Counted from the first letter of the stretch, positions 43,411 to 53,493 are shown. The stretch is 64,000 bases of DNA from Prosthecobacter sp. (GCF_046154365.1 NZ_JBJXFV010000065.1:2006-66005); one strand, 5' to 3'. The notes: generated from the letters alone by a model not told the origin. Made by a program: numbers and translations.

Positions 43411-46029
43411 ATGAAGCTGACGCCTGCTGTTTTCCTTTGCTCCCTCGCCGTGACTGCTCACGGCGCAGACGCCGTGCTCACATTTGAAAAGGACGTGCGG
43501 CCGATCTTAAAGACGCACTGCACGCATTGCCATGGCGAGGAGGAGAAGCCCAAGGGCGGACTCGATCTGCGGTTGCGGCGGTTCATGGACAAGGTGCTCG
43601 ATGAGGGCAAGCATGTCCTTGTACCGGGACAGCCGGAGAAAAGTGAGATGGTGCAGCTCATTCGCAGCGGCGAGATGCCGCAGAAGGGCGCGAAGATGTC
43701 GGCGGCGGAACTGGCGGTGATTGAGAAATGGATCGCGCAAGGTGCGAAGACGGCGAAGACGGAGCCGCTAGTGCTTGCGCCGGGACCGCTGATTTCCGAT
43801 GAGGATCGTGAGTATTGGGCCTTCCAGCCGGTGAAACGGCCTGCAGTTCCTCAAATCGTAAATCATAAATCAAGAATCATAAATCCGATTGATGCGTTCC
43901 TGCTGCACACGATGCGCGAGAAGGGGCTCGACTTTGCGCCTGAAGCAGATCGGCGAACGTTGATCCGGCGTGTGACGCTCGATTTGACCGGTCTGCTGCC
44001 GACGCCGGAGGAAGTGGAGGCATTTGTCGCGGATCAGTCGCCGGCGGCCTATGAGCAGCTCGTGGAGCGCCTGCTGGCGTCAAAAACTTATGGCGAGCGT
44101 TGGGCGCGGCATTGGCTGGATGTGGTCGGCTATGCGGACTCGAATGGTTACTCGGAGGCGGATTCGGTGCGCCCGCAGGCATGGCGTTATCGTGACTATG
44201 TGATTCGCTCGATGAACGAGGACAAGCCGTGGAGCGAGTTCATTCAAGAGCAGCTCGCGGGTGATGAACTCGCCGGTGCCACGCATGGCGATTATCAGCA
44301 GGCGGTGCTCGATCCGAAGCGTCGGGATGACCTCACGGCCACTGCTTTCCTGCGCATGGCCCCCGATGGCACAGGCGATGGCGCGGATGATCCAAAGCTC
44401 GCGAAGAATCAAGTCATTGCCGAGCAGATGAAAATCGTGACCTCGTCGCTCATGGGCATGACGGTGGCGTGCGCGCAATGTCACGATCATCGCTACGATC
44501 CGATCACGCAGGCCGACTATTACCGGCTGCGTGCGATCTTTGATCCTGGCTACAACTGGGAGGCGTGGCGTGCACCGGCGCAGCGGCTTTACTCGCTTTA
44601 CACGCCGGAGGAACGAGCGAGGGCGAATGAGATCGAAAAGCGCGTGGGCGACATCAATCGTGAAGCGCAGGCAATGAGCAAAAAGTTTCTCGACGAAATC
44701 TTCGAGGTCGAAATTCTCAAGCTCCCGGAAGCCGAACGCGCATCGTTCCGCGTCGCACGCGCCACGCCGAAGGACAAGCAAACACCGGAGCAGAAGGCGC
44801 TCATCAAGAAGTATCCGTCAGCACTCGCGACCTATTCGCTTGATCTCTACGACAAGAAGAAACAGGATTTGGTGCTCGCCAAGATGGCGGAGGGCGAAAA
44901 GCTGCGCGAGACGAGGCCAGCCGAGGGCTTCGTGATGGCGCTCACGGAAATGAAAGGTCAGACCCCGGCTAGCAAACTCTTCAATCGCGGGGATCACGAT
45001 CAGCCGAAGCAAGTCGTGACTCCTGGCGAGTTGAGCGTCATCGCGAAACCGGAGATCGAGCCGTTCAAACCGGCCACGGTGAGCACGGGATCCTCCGGTC
45101 GTCGTCTCGCGTATGCGCAGTGGCTCACGTGCGGCAAGCATCCGCTCGTCGCCCGCGTGCTGGTGAACCGCTTTTGGTTGAATCACATGGGTCGCGGCAT
45201 CGTGAACACACCCGGCGATTTCGGCAGGCAGGGTGAATTGCCCACGCATCCCGAACTGCTCGACTGGCTCGCCGATGAGTTTATGAAGGGCGGCTGGGAA
45301 TTGAAACCGCTGCACCGGCTCATCCTGCTGAGCACCGCGTATCGGCAGTCGTCATCGTCCGATGCCTCGCTGCGTGCCGATCCGGAGAACAGGCTTTACG
45401 CCCGCTTCAAAATGCACCGCCTTGATGCCGAGACGCTGCGCGACTCGATGCTCGCGGCGACGGGTTCTTTGATTCAGGCGAGCTACGGACCGCCGAGCGG
45501 CATCGGACGCGATCCGTCGGGACGCGTCGTTGTCGGCATCGACAAAGGCACCATCACCGCCAACAAAGTGGAGAGCGCTGGCGCGGATGACTTCCGCCGC
45601 TCCATCTATGTGCAGGTGCGCCGCAGCCGGCCGGTCACCGTGCTCGACACCTTCGATGCGCCCACCATGGTGCCGAACTGCGAGATGCGCGCCCAGACCA
45701 CCGTCGCTCCGCAGTCGTTGCTGCTGATGAACGACACCTTCATCCTCGATAACGCACGCCGTCTCGCCGACCACTTGCAGGCGCAGGCGCCGGATGATCG
45801 CCGCACGCAGCTTCAGCGCGCCTGGAATCTGCTCTACAGCAAGCCGCCGACCGAAGCCGACCTCGTGCGCAGTCTGTCGTATCTCGATGAGCAGACGAAA
45901 GCGCTCACGCAATACCATCACGACATCCAACACGCGAAGGGCGTGCCCAAGCCCAATCCACCGCAGGAGGCGATGGCCAGCCTGTGTCAGATCTTGTGCA
46001 GCTCGAACCGGTTTTTGTATGTGGAGTGA
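43411..46029 (+). CDS. PSCyt (CxxCH) - DUF1549 - DUF1553 giant secreted protein
   Basis: ORF 43399..46029(+) begins at TTG, and I prefer ATG 43411 (MKLTPAVFLCSLAVTAHG). Motifs are CTHCHG, LIRRVTLDLTGLLPTPEEVEAF, YGERWARHWLDVVGYADSNG, CAQCHDHRYDPITQADYY and the C-terminal SSNRFLYVE. Confidence 0.9.
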   Translation: MKLTPAVFLCSLAVTAHGADAVLTFEKDVRPILKTHCTHCHGEEEKPKGGLDLRLRRFMDKVLDEGKHVLVPGQPEKSEMVQLIRSGEMPQKGAKMSAAELAVIEKWIAQGAKTAKTEPLVLAPGPLISDEDREYWAFQPVKRPAVPQIVNHKSRIINPIDAFLLHTMREKGLDFAPEADRRTLIRRVTLDLTGLLPTPEEVEAFVADQSPAAYEQLVERLLASKTYGERWARHWLDVVGYADSNGYSEADSVRPQAWRYRDYVIRSMNEDKPWSEFIQEQLAGDELAGATHGDYQQAVLDPKRRDDLTATAFLRMAPDGTGDGADDPKLAKNQVIAEQMKIVTSSLMGMTVACAQCHDHRYDPITQADYYRLRAIFDPGYNWEAWRAPAQRLYSLYTPEERARANEIEKRVGDINREAQAMSKKFLDEIFEVEILKLPEAERASFRVARATPKDKQTPEQKALIKKYPSALATYSLDLYDKKKQDLVLAKMAEGEKLRETRPAEGFVMALTEMKGQTPASKLFNRGDHDQPKQVVTPGELSVIAKPEIEPFKPATVSTGSSGRRLAYAQWLTCGKHPLVARVLVNRFWLNHMGRGIVNTPGDFGRQGELPTHPELLDWLADEFMKGGWELKPLHRLILLSTAYRQSSSSDASLRADPENRLYARFKMHRLDAETLRDSMLAATGSLIQASYGPPSGIGRDPSGRVVVGIDKGTITANKVESAGADDFRRSIYVQVRRSRPVTVLDTFDAPTMVPNCEMRAQTTVAPQSLLLMNDTFILDNARRLADHLQAQAPDDRRTQLQRAWNLLYSKPPTEADLVRSLSYLDEQTKALTQYHHDIQHAKGVPKPNPPQEAMASLCQILCSSNRFLYVE

Positions 46030-46340
46030 TCGCTTTGGCTATTCGCCAAGAAGAAACTTGGCTGCTGTCACAAGTTCTTCGCGCACACGGCGTTGATCGC
46101 TCGCGGTGCCGCGCAGGAACTCGGCGGCACGGACAGGTGCATCCGAGTCGATGTGGCAGAAGTCTCGCCTCAGTTCCTCAACGGCCGCGTTGTAAGCTGT
46201 GTTGTTGTGTCTGGCCTCGGCATGAAATGCCGTCAGCGCCGCCTGCGGGCCGTCGATTTGTCCGTAACGCGATTGGTGTGGCGCGCCACAGCGGTTGACA
46301 GCGAAAGCCCGCCCGCCTACTCTCCGCCGCTTTCGAGCGT

Positions 46341-46415
46341 GGCGAGGTAGCAAAGTGGTAATGCACTGGTCTGCAAAACCGGTATGCGCGGGTTCAATTC
46401 CCGCCCTCGCCTCCA
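46341..46415 (+). tRNA. tRNA-Cys (anticodon GCA), CCA encoded
   Basis: Folded by hand. The acceptor stem is GGCGAGG/CCTCGCC (7 bp perfect). The D arm is GCA-AAGTGGTAA-TGC. The anticodon arm is CTGGT-CTGCAAA-ACCGG. The variable loop is TATGC, the T arm is GCGGG-TTCAATT-CCCGC, and the discriminator T is followed by CCA. Confidence 0.9.
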
Positions 46416-46654
46416 CTTTGAAATTCAATGGTTTACGTAGTGAAGTTCGGAAAGTAAGAACACGTTCGGCCACCTCCCATGATGTTTGAGGAGAGTCAGA
46501 GGCTTTGATCAAGTTTGGCCAACATTTTGAGTTTCCGGGCGTGCCCTAGAGTGAAACTTCGCAACAGTGGATTTCATCGGCTTGCTTCGAGGAAGGCGCT
46601 CTGTTAGCCGTGCCATGCCAGATGCCACCATTTCGCGCGTATAAATTTCATCGA

Positions 46655-48103
46655 ATGAACCGCCCGCATCTCTGCTCACGCCGTCACTTTCTTCATGCTA
46701 ATGGCTTCGGCCTTGGCACGCTCGGGCTTGCTTCGTTGCTGGAACGCGACGGGCTTCTCGCCGCACCGGTGAAGCCGGAGTTGTTTGGTGCGGCGCGTTA
46801 CGATCTGACGCCGAAGAAGCCGCACTTTGAGCCGCGGGCGAAGGCGATGATCTCGATGTTCATGATGGGCGGTCCGTCGCAGATGGATCTGTTCGATCCG
46901 AAGCCGATGCTGACGAAGTATGACGGCCAGAAGTTCCCCGGTGAGATCAAATACGACAACCTAGCGCAGGCGTCGTCGAAGTGCTTCGGCTCGCCGTGGA
47001 AGTTCGCGAAGCAGGGGCAGTGTGGCATGGAGTTGAGCGAGTTGCTGCCGAATCTGAGCAAGGTGGTGGATGACATCACGCTGATTCGTTCGATGACCTC
47101 CGGCGTGAGCAATCACGCGCAGGGCCTCTACGCGATGAATGCGGGACGCAGCGTGGCGGGGCGTCCGGCGCTGGGCTCGTGGCTCACCTATGGCCTCGGC
47201 AGCGAGACGGACAATCTGCCTGCCTACATGGTGCTCTCGCATCCCGGCGGTCTGCCCACTTTCCAGGGCGAGCATTTCACCAACGGCTGGCTGCCCTCGC
47301 TGTTCCAGGGTACGCTAATCCGGCCTACCGAGCCGCGCATTTTGAATCTCGATCCGCCGCCATCGCTCGCTGGTGCTCCGCAGGATCGCCAGCTCGCGTT
47401 GTTGAAGGCCTTCAACGAAGAACATCTCGCGCAGCATCCTGGCGAACTCGACTTGCAGGCACGCATTTCCAGCTACGAACTCGCGGCGAACATGCAGACC
47501 GCTGCGAAGGAGGCGCTCGACATCTCGAAGGAGCCGGAGCACATCAAGAAACTCTACGGCGTGGACAATCCGGCGACGAAAGATTACGCCACGCGCTGCA
47601 TCATCGCGCGTCGTCTTGTCGAGCGCGGCGTACGCTATGTGCAGGTGCTCAATGCAGGCCAGTCGTGGGATCAACACGGCGGTCTCATCACGGCGCTGCC
47701 AAAGAATTGCGAAGCCACCGACCAGCCGAGCGCCGCACTGCTCATTGATTTGAAACAACGCGGCCTGCTCGACACCACTGTCGTGCATTGGGGCGGCGAA
47801 ATGGGTCGTCTGCCCGTGCTGCAAAACGACGCGGGCCGCGAGAAATGGGGCCGCGATCACAACACCTACGGCTTCAGCATGTGGGTCGCCGGTGGCGGCT
47901 TTAAAAAAGGCCATATCCACGGCGAAACCGACGAGTTCGGCCACAAGGCCATCATCGACGAGGTAAAGCACTTCGATTATCACGCCACGCTGCTCAAACT
48001 CTTCGGCCTCGACCACAGCAAGCTCACCTACAAGCGCAACGGCCTCGCTGCGAGCCTCACGGACAATCAGGGCGCGAAGGTGGTGGAGCAACTCATCGCA
48101 TAA
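46655..48103 (+). CDS. DUF1501 domain protein (Tat signal)
   Basis: Lies inside ORF 46610..48103(+), with the start at ATG 46655 (MNRPHLCSRRHFLHANGFGLG). Supporting segments are MMGGPSQMDLFDPKP, GLGSETDNLPAYMVL and GGEMGRLP...GRDHN. Confidence 0.9.
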   Translation: MNRPHLCSRRHFLHANGFGLGTLGLASLLERDGLLAAPVKPELFGAARYDLTPKKPHFEPRAKAMISMFMMGGPSQMDLFDPKPMLTKYDGQKFPGEIKYDNLAQASSKCFGSPWKFAKQGQCGMELSELLPNLSKVVDDITLIRSMTSGVSNHAQGLYAMNAGRSVAGRPALGSWLTYGLGSETDNLPAYMVLSHPGGLPTFQGEHFTNGWLPSLFQGTLIRPTEPRILNLDPPPSLAGAPQDRQLALLKAFNEEHLAQHPGELDLQARISSYELAANMQTAAKEALDISKEPEHIKKLYGVDNPATKDYATRCIIARRLVERGVRYVQVLNAGQSWDQHGGLITALPKNCEATDQPSAALLIDLKQRGLLDTTVVHWGGEMGRLPVLQNDAGREKWGRDHNTYGFSMWVAGGGFKKGHIHGETDEFGHKAIIDEVKHFDYHATLLKLFGLDHSKLTYKRNGLAASLTDNQGAKVVEQLIA

Positions 48104-48375
48104 CTCGCAGTCATCTCACCGCGCGGCATCAGGGCAAGATCACCGGCATCGCAGGTGTCGTCGCGTGGGTGCTGCCCGCGCCGAAGGAATCGACTTTCTG
48201 GCGCGACTGAGTCAACACTTCCGGCAGCGCCAACGCACACTCGTTTCATTCCCGTGACAGCACGGACGACACGATGAGCGCAGAGATGATTTTGAAAATG
48301 ACCGCATCCCTTCCGACCTCTGCGGTCATTGTGGCTCGCTTCGCGGCTTCGCAACTGCGGCTCCATGCAGAACCA

Positions 48376-48840
48376 TCAATTCGTCAGCAAGCCTTCGAGT
48401 TTGGCCAGCGCGATGGCCTTCGCGTCAAAGCTCAGGAAGCGCGTGCAGCCAAGATGCAGCGCCGAGGCGACGTGCATGATGTCGTAAGTGCGGAAGCCAT
48501 GCTTCGCGGTGTGGCGGCCGACGAGGGAGTCGAACTGCGCATCAATGTTGATCGGCGTGAGGGACGTGCGTTTCAGAAAACAGCCCGCATCCAGGTCGGC
48601 CTCAAAACTAGATTTTGCGGCATAAGCATGCTCTTGCGTGACACGCCATTGGCCGCCCGTGCGGCTCTCGAAGACCATGCGCTGGAATCCATTCGTGACC
48701 TCTTGCCTGAGCAAATCTGTCACTGCTATCGGCATGACGGCCTTGATGTCAGGCCTCGTGACCCATTGATAGGCTTCACCGCTGCCATCAAAATCAAGAT
48801 AGAGGCGGATCAGCAAATTGGCATCGACATAAACGCTCAT
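48376..48840 (-). CDS. vapC: PIN-domain toxin (VapC-like)
   Basis: ORF of 154 aa with the N-terminal MSVYVDANLLIRL and the C-terminal RFLSFDAKA. It forms an ATGA overlap with the upstream small gene. Confidence 0.8.
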   Translation of the reverse strand: MSVYVDANLLIRLYLDFDGSGEAYQWVTRPDIKAVMPIAVTDLLRQEVTNGFQRMVFESRTGGQWRVTQEHAYAAKSSFEADLDAGCFLKRTSLTPINIDAQFDSLVGRHTAKHGFRTYDIMHVASALHLGCTRFLSFDAKAIALAKLEGLLTN

Positions 48841-49121
48841 ATCTCGCCGGCGATGATGCGGTTGATGCCATCATTCTCCGCAGCCGGTGGAGGGATTAAT
48901 CCCATCTCCCGCAGACGTTTCCAGCGCGCAGGGAAATCTGGCACGATGTCATCCGCAACCTCATCAACGACTGGTTTGGCCGCCGGCTTCTTGGTGACCT
49001 CAAACGTCTCGCCTCCGCTGGTGCGCACGCTCGCGCTGCCGAAGCGGCGGGCCGCGTCGAAAACCTTCGCCACATCGGGCGCGAAGTCCTGGATCGTGAA
49101 GGTGGCTGCCTGGGTGCTCAT
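48837..49121 (-). CDS. small antitoxin partner of the PIN toxin
   Basis: Lies inside ORF 48837..49247(-), with the start at ATG 49121 (MSTQAATFTIQDF). Its stop overlaps the vapC ATG (ATGA 48837-48840). The call rests on position and size. Confidence 0.55.
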   Translation of the reverse strand: MSTQAATFTIQDFAPDVAKVFDAARRFGSASVRTSGGETFEVTKKPAAKPVVDEVADDIVPDFPARWKRLREMGLIPPPAAENDGINRIIAGEI

Positions 49122-49216
49122 GCGCCAAGGGTGCTCTCCCGGCCCCGATCTGTCAACGCTCCAAACCACGGAGAAACCATAGAGAGACCCGTCACCGACA
49201 GCGTTTGTTTCACCGC

Positions 49217-52171
49217 ATGTTGATTTGCCGCGTTCTCCAAGCCTCACTCGTCTGCGTCATCGCCTCGGTGACGAGTGCGGGCGCGCAGGACGTGGCTTTT
49301 TTTGAAGCAAAGGTGCTGCCAGTGTTGAAGGCGCGCTGCTATGAGTGCCATTCGCATGAGAAGAAGATGAAAGGCGGGTTGACGCTCGATTCAAAACCCG
49401 GCTGGGAGGAAGGCGGCGAGAATGGGCCGGCAATCATGGTGGGGAAGCCGGAGGAGAGTCTCATCATCAAAATGGTGCGCTGGACGGGCAAGGACCATCA
49501 GATGCCACCGAAGGAAAAACTGCCGGCTGCGGAGATTGCGGTGTTGGAGGAATGGGTGAAGCGCGGCGCACCTGATCCGCGCGTGCTGGTGACGCGGCCG
49601 ACTTCGACAGACTGGTGGTCGCTAAAACCGCTGCCAAGGAAGGGCGCTTTGCAAGCGCCCAAGGCGGTTGAAAACCGCCTCTCCTTGAATCCGATTGATG
49701 CCTTCATCGGTGCGCGGCTTGCGGAAAGAAAGATCACGTTATCGGCAGAGGCGGATCGCCGCACTTTGATACGGCGTGTGATGTTCGATCTGCACGGACT
49801 GCCGCCGACGCTGGCGGAAGTGGAGGCGTTTGCGCGTGAAGGTGATTATGAGGCGTTGGTGGATCGTTTGCTCGCGTCGCCGCGCTATGGCGAGCGATGG
49901 GCGCGGCACTGGCTGGACACGATTCACTTCGCGGAGACGCACGGCTGCGGTCACGATCTGCCGCGTGATCATGCGTGGCGGTATCGCGACTACGTCATCG
50001 AGTCGCTGAACAACGACAAGCCGTGGCCGCGCTTTGTGCGTGAGCAATTGGCGGCGGATCGCTTGTTCCCGGAAGAGCCGCAACTCATCACGGCGCTCGG
50101 TTTTCTCGGTGCGGGCGTATTTGATCACAGCGCATATCAGACGGCGCCGACGAACTTCGATTACCTCGACCGCGATGACCTGGTCACACAAACGATGGCC
50201 GCTTTCACCAGCACCACGGCGAACTGCGCCCGCTGCCACGCGCATAAGTTCGATCCGATCACGCAGGAGGACTACTACGCGTTGCAATCGGTCTTCGCGG
50301 GTATCATCGAGGGCGATGTGGCCTTTGATGAAAGCGTGAGTGTTTCGCAACAGCGTAAGCGCTGGCAGTCGCTCATCACCGCAGCAGATGCGCAGGACAA
50401 AGCAGTGCTGCTGACACCGGAGAATGCGGCGCTCGTCGCCGCATGGGAGAAACTACAGGGGCCGCCGGTGAAGTGGACGACACTGAGCTATGAGAGCTTC
50501 ATCAGCACCGAAGGCTCGGCGCTTTCACGCAGTGGAGATGTCATCATCTCCGGCGGAGGGAAGCCAGACAAAGACACCTATGTCATCACCACCGCCGTGC
50601 CACTCGGCAAGGTGACGGCTTTGCAGATCGACACGCTCGCTGACAAATCATTGCCCATGAACGGGCCGGGCAGACAGGACAATGGCAATCTGACGCTCAG
50701 TGAAATCGAGGCGCAGCTTTTTGAGCCGGGCACGGCGCAACCGGTGAAGCTGAAGTTCTCGCGTGCCACCGCTGACTTCGATCAACAAGGCTGGACGTCG
50801 TCGATGGCGATGGATGGCAATCCCGCCACAGGCTGGGGCATTCATCCGGCGGTCGGGCAATCACATCATGCGGTGTTTGAACTGGCGCAGCCGCTCACAT
50901 TGAAGCTCGGCGCAAAGCTCACGATCTCGCTGAGGCAGTTGTCGGGGAAATCTCATCTCATCGGCCGCTTCAAGCTCTCCGCGACCGGCGAATCGGCTGC
51001 ACATGCCGCAGCCATGCCAGTTCTTGCCTCCGAATCGCTCGCCATCCCGGTGGAGAAGCGCAGTGTGCCGCAGCGCCTCGCTCTCGCTGCTCATGCGTTA
51101 CGCATTCACGCCAATGAAGAAGCGGACAAACTGCCTGCGCCATCGCTCGTGTATGCCGCAGGCAAGAAGGCGGGGGTGTTGCTCGCCGTGAGCAAAGGTA
51201 CGCCCACCACGATCGCGAAGCCGAAGGTCGTGCAGTTGCTGAAGCGTGGCGAGTTCGGCAAGCCGATGGCCGAGGTGCCCAGCGGTTCGCTCAGCGCCGT
51301 GGCTGCATTGCCTGCTCGATTCACTGCCGCACACGGGGGCGATGAATCGGAGCGCCGTGCCGCGCTCGCGGATTGGATTGCCGATGACAAAAACCCGCTC
51401 ACCTGGCGCAGCATCGCGAACCGTGTGTGGCACTATCATTTCGGTCGCGGCATCTGCGATACGCCGAGCGATTTCGGGCGCATGGGCGGCGTGCCTTCGC
51501 ATCCCGAACTGCTCGACTGGCTCGCGTGTGAACTGCGCGACAGCGGCGGCTCTTTGAAGCATCTGCATCGCCTCATCGTCACCAGCGCCGCGTATCGCCA
51601 GAGCAGCGAGCACCGCGACGATGCCGCGAAGCTCGACGGCGACAATCGCCTGCTCTGGCGCATGAACCGCCTGCGACTCGATGCGGACAGCTACCGCGAC
51701 TTCGTCCTCGCCGCCGCGGACAAACTCGACCTCACCGTCGGCGGTCCCAGCGAGCGGCAATTCATCACCGGCCCGCCCGTGCAACTCACGCCCACGCTCG
51801 ACTACGCCGCCTACGACTGGTCCGCGTTGCCGAAACATCGCCGCAGCATCTACCGCTTCGTCTGGCGCGGTGTGCCCGACCCTTTCATGGACACGCTCGA
51901 TTTCCCCGACCTCGGATTGCTCGCCCCGAGCCGCAGTTTCTCCGCGTCCTCGCTGCAATCCCTCGCGCTCTACAACAACAGCTTCGTCCTGCACTTCAGC
52001 AGCGAACTGGCCAAACAAATCACCACGCCCGCCGATGCCATCCGCCGCATCCTGTTGCGCGAACCGACGGCGGATGAACTCCGCGACTTCACCACCTACG
52101 CACAGAAGAACGGCCTCGCCGCCCTCTGCCGCGTGCTCATCAACAGCAACGAGTTTCTCTTTGTGAACTGA
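49217..52171 (+). CDS. PSCyt1 (CxxCH) - DUF1549 - DUF1553 giant secreted protein
   Basis: ORF 49205..52171(+) begins at TTG, and I prefer ATG 49217 (MLICRVLQASLVCVIASV). Motifs are CYECHS, LIRRVMFDLHGLPPTLAEVEAF, YGERWARHWLDTIHFAETHG and CARCHAHKFDPITQEDYY. An internal discoidin-like region has AMDGNPATGWG, and the C-terminus is NSNEFLFVN. Confidence 0.9.
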   Translation: MLICRVLQASLVCVIASVTSAGAQDVAFFEAKVLPVLKARCYECHSHEKKMKGGLTLDSKPGWEEGGENGPAIMVGKPEESLIIKMVRWTGKDHQMPPKEKLPAAEIAVLEEWVKRGAPDPRVLVTRPTSTDWWSLKPLPRKGALQAPKAVENRLSLNPIDAFIGARLAERKITLSAEADRRTLIRRVMFDLHGLPPTLAEVEAFAREGDYEALVDRLLASPRYGERWARHWLDTIHFAETHGCGHDLPRDHAWRYRDYVIESLNNDKPWPRFVREQLAADRLFPEEPQLITALGFLGAGVFDHSAYQTAPTNFDYLDRDDLVTQTMAAFTSTTANCARCHAHKFDPITQEDYYALQSVFAGIIEGDVAFDESVSVSQQRKRWQSLITAADAQDKAVLLTPENAALVAAWEKLQGPPVKWTTLSYESFISTEGSALSRSGDVIISGGGKPDKDTYVITTAVPLGKVTALQIDTLADKSLPMNGPGRQDNGNLTLSEIEAQLFEPGTAQPVKLKFSRATADFDQQGWTSSMAMDGNPATGWGIHPAVGQSHHAVFELAQPLTLKLGAKLTISLRQLSGKSHLIGRFKLSATGESAAHAAAMPVLASESLAIPVEKRSVPQRLALAAHALRIHANEEADKLPAPSLVYAAGKKAGVLLAVSKGTPTTIAKPKVVQLLKRGEFGKPMAEVPSGSLSAVAALPARFTAAHGGDESERRAALADWIADDKNPLTWRSIANRVWHYHFGRGICDTPSDFGRMGGVPSHPELLDWLACELRDSGGSLKHLHRLIVTSAAYRQSSEHRDDAAKLDGDNRLLWRMNRLRLDADSYRDFVLAAADKLDLTVGGPSERQFITGPPVQLTPTLDYAAYDWSALPKHRRSIYRFVWRGVPDPFMDTLDFPDLGLLAPSRSFSASSLQSLALYNNSFVLHFSSELAKQITTPADAIRRILLREPTADELRDFTTYAQKNGLAALCRVLINSNEFLFVN

Positions 52172-52182
52172 GTCCATGAATC

Positions 52183-53493
52183 ATGAAATACATCCTTAAC
52201 TTCCATCCCGTCTTTCGTTTGGCGATAACAGCCTGCGCCGCGTCATTGATGAGCACCTCCGCCGTTGCCGATGATTCGCCACTGTGGGATTTGTCGCGAA
52301 ATGATATTCTCCCCGCGCTGCGGTCGGGAGCCGTCGAGAAGGTGGAGGGCGCGGTCAAGTTGCGCGACGGCGCGGCGTTCGCTGTGCCACCGGAGGCATT
52401 TCCCGACCAGGCGAACTTCACCGTGCAGGTCACCCTTTCACTCGATGCGCTGGTGCAGGATGCGGTCTTTACCGCGATGCGAAAACAGAGCGAGCAGGAC
52501 GACGGATTTTCCTTCTACTTCAACTACCGCGACAACCCGTATTACGCACGACAGGTCAACTCCGTGGTGAACAACATCCTCATGACTGGCGGCTCGCTGA
52601 ACGGTCGTCTGGAGCCAAAGCTCGACACGCCCTATACCCTCACCATCGCAGTCCGCAAAGGCCTCGCGACGTTCTACCTCGACGACATTCCGTGCAAGAC
52701 GTGCTTCATGGAACTCATCCCCAATCGCGAACCGATGTGGATTGGCCGCAACGCGAACCCGAAGGCGAAGACCATGCCCGTGACGATTCGCGGCGTGAAA
52801 GTGTTCGGTCCTTCCTTCAGCTATGTCTCGAAGCGCGAGTCCAAGCCCGAGTTCCCACGCGGCGCAGTCGCGGGCAAAGGCTGGGCGCTCGACGTTCCCA
52901 AGCTCGACCACCCCGATTGGCCGAAGGTGCTCATCTACGGGGACTCCATCTCCATGGGCTACAGCGGTTCCTTCATCCCGGAGATGTTGAAGCAGAAAGT
53001 CTATGTGTTTCACTGCGTGCATTTCGTTGGCGGTGACGTGCCCGAAGCCGCACTCACCGAGATGGCCGCGCGCTACAAGTTCGACGTGGTCGTCTTCAAC
53101 AACGGTCTCCATTCCCTGAGTTGGACTCCCGACAAAGTCTCCGACACCGTCGTTCTGGAGCGCATGCAAAAGCTGACGCGTTGCTTCAAAAAAGGCGCAC
53201 CACAGGCGAAGATTTACTATCTTCTCACCACGCCTCACACCGCCGCCAAATCGGCTCCAGACAAACCGGTCACTAGCCTCGGTGACAAGAACGATGTGGT
53301 CATCCGGCTGAACACGCTGTCGAGCCAAGTGATGAAAGAGGAAGGCATCGAGGTCATCGACGCCTATGCCCTCCTGGCCTCACACCTCGAACTCGCCGCA
53401 GGCGACAACTTCCACTGGCAAGGCCCCGCCTACCAGTTGCTCACCCAGGAAATCAGCAAGCGAGTCATGTCCACGCTGGAGAAATGCAAGTGA
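52183..53493 (+). CDS. secreted LamG/concanavalin-like domain + SGNH (GDSL) hydrolase
   Basis: ORF of 436 aa with a signal peptide. The SGNH blocks are LIYGDSISMGY (block I), FNNGLHS (block III) and GDNFHW (block V). The N-terminal half is beta-rich and lectin-like (weaker call). Confidence 0.7.
   Translation: MKYILNFHPVFRLAITACAASLMSTSAVADDSPLWDLSRNDILPALRSGAVEKVEGAVKLRDGAAFAVPPEAFPDQANFTVQVTLSLDALVQDAVFTAMRKQSEQDDGFSFYFNYRDNPYYARQVNSVVNNILMTGGSLNGRLEPKLDTPYTLTIAVRKGLATFYLDDIPCKTCFMELIPNREPMWIGRNANPKAKTMPVTIRGVKVFGPSFSYVSKRESKPEFPRGAVAGKGWALDVPKLDHPDWPKVLIYGDSISMGYSGSFIPEMLKQKVYVFHCVHFVGGDVPEAALTEMAARYKFDVVVFNNGLHSLSWTPDKVSDTVVLERMQKLTRCFKKGAPQAKIYYLLTTPHTAAKSAPDKPVTSLGDKNDVVIRLNTLSSQVMKEEGIEVIDAYALLASHLELAAGDNFHWQGPAYQLLTQEISKRVMSTLEKCK

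Noticed and set aside
43861-43885. AT-rich direct repeat AATCATAAATC-AAG-AATCATAAATC inside a DUF1553 gene
   Set aside because: It is in frame (NHKSRIINP) just before the conserved NPIDAF motif. It is too short to distinguish from chance, and there is no evidence of function.
46039-46512. 157-codon minus-strand ORF
   Set aside because: As drawn, it reads antisense through tRNA-Cys. Only the part upstream of the tRNA looks protein-like, and that part has no start codon, so it is treated as a possible remnant in the findings rather than as a gene.
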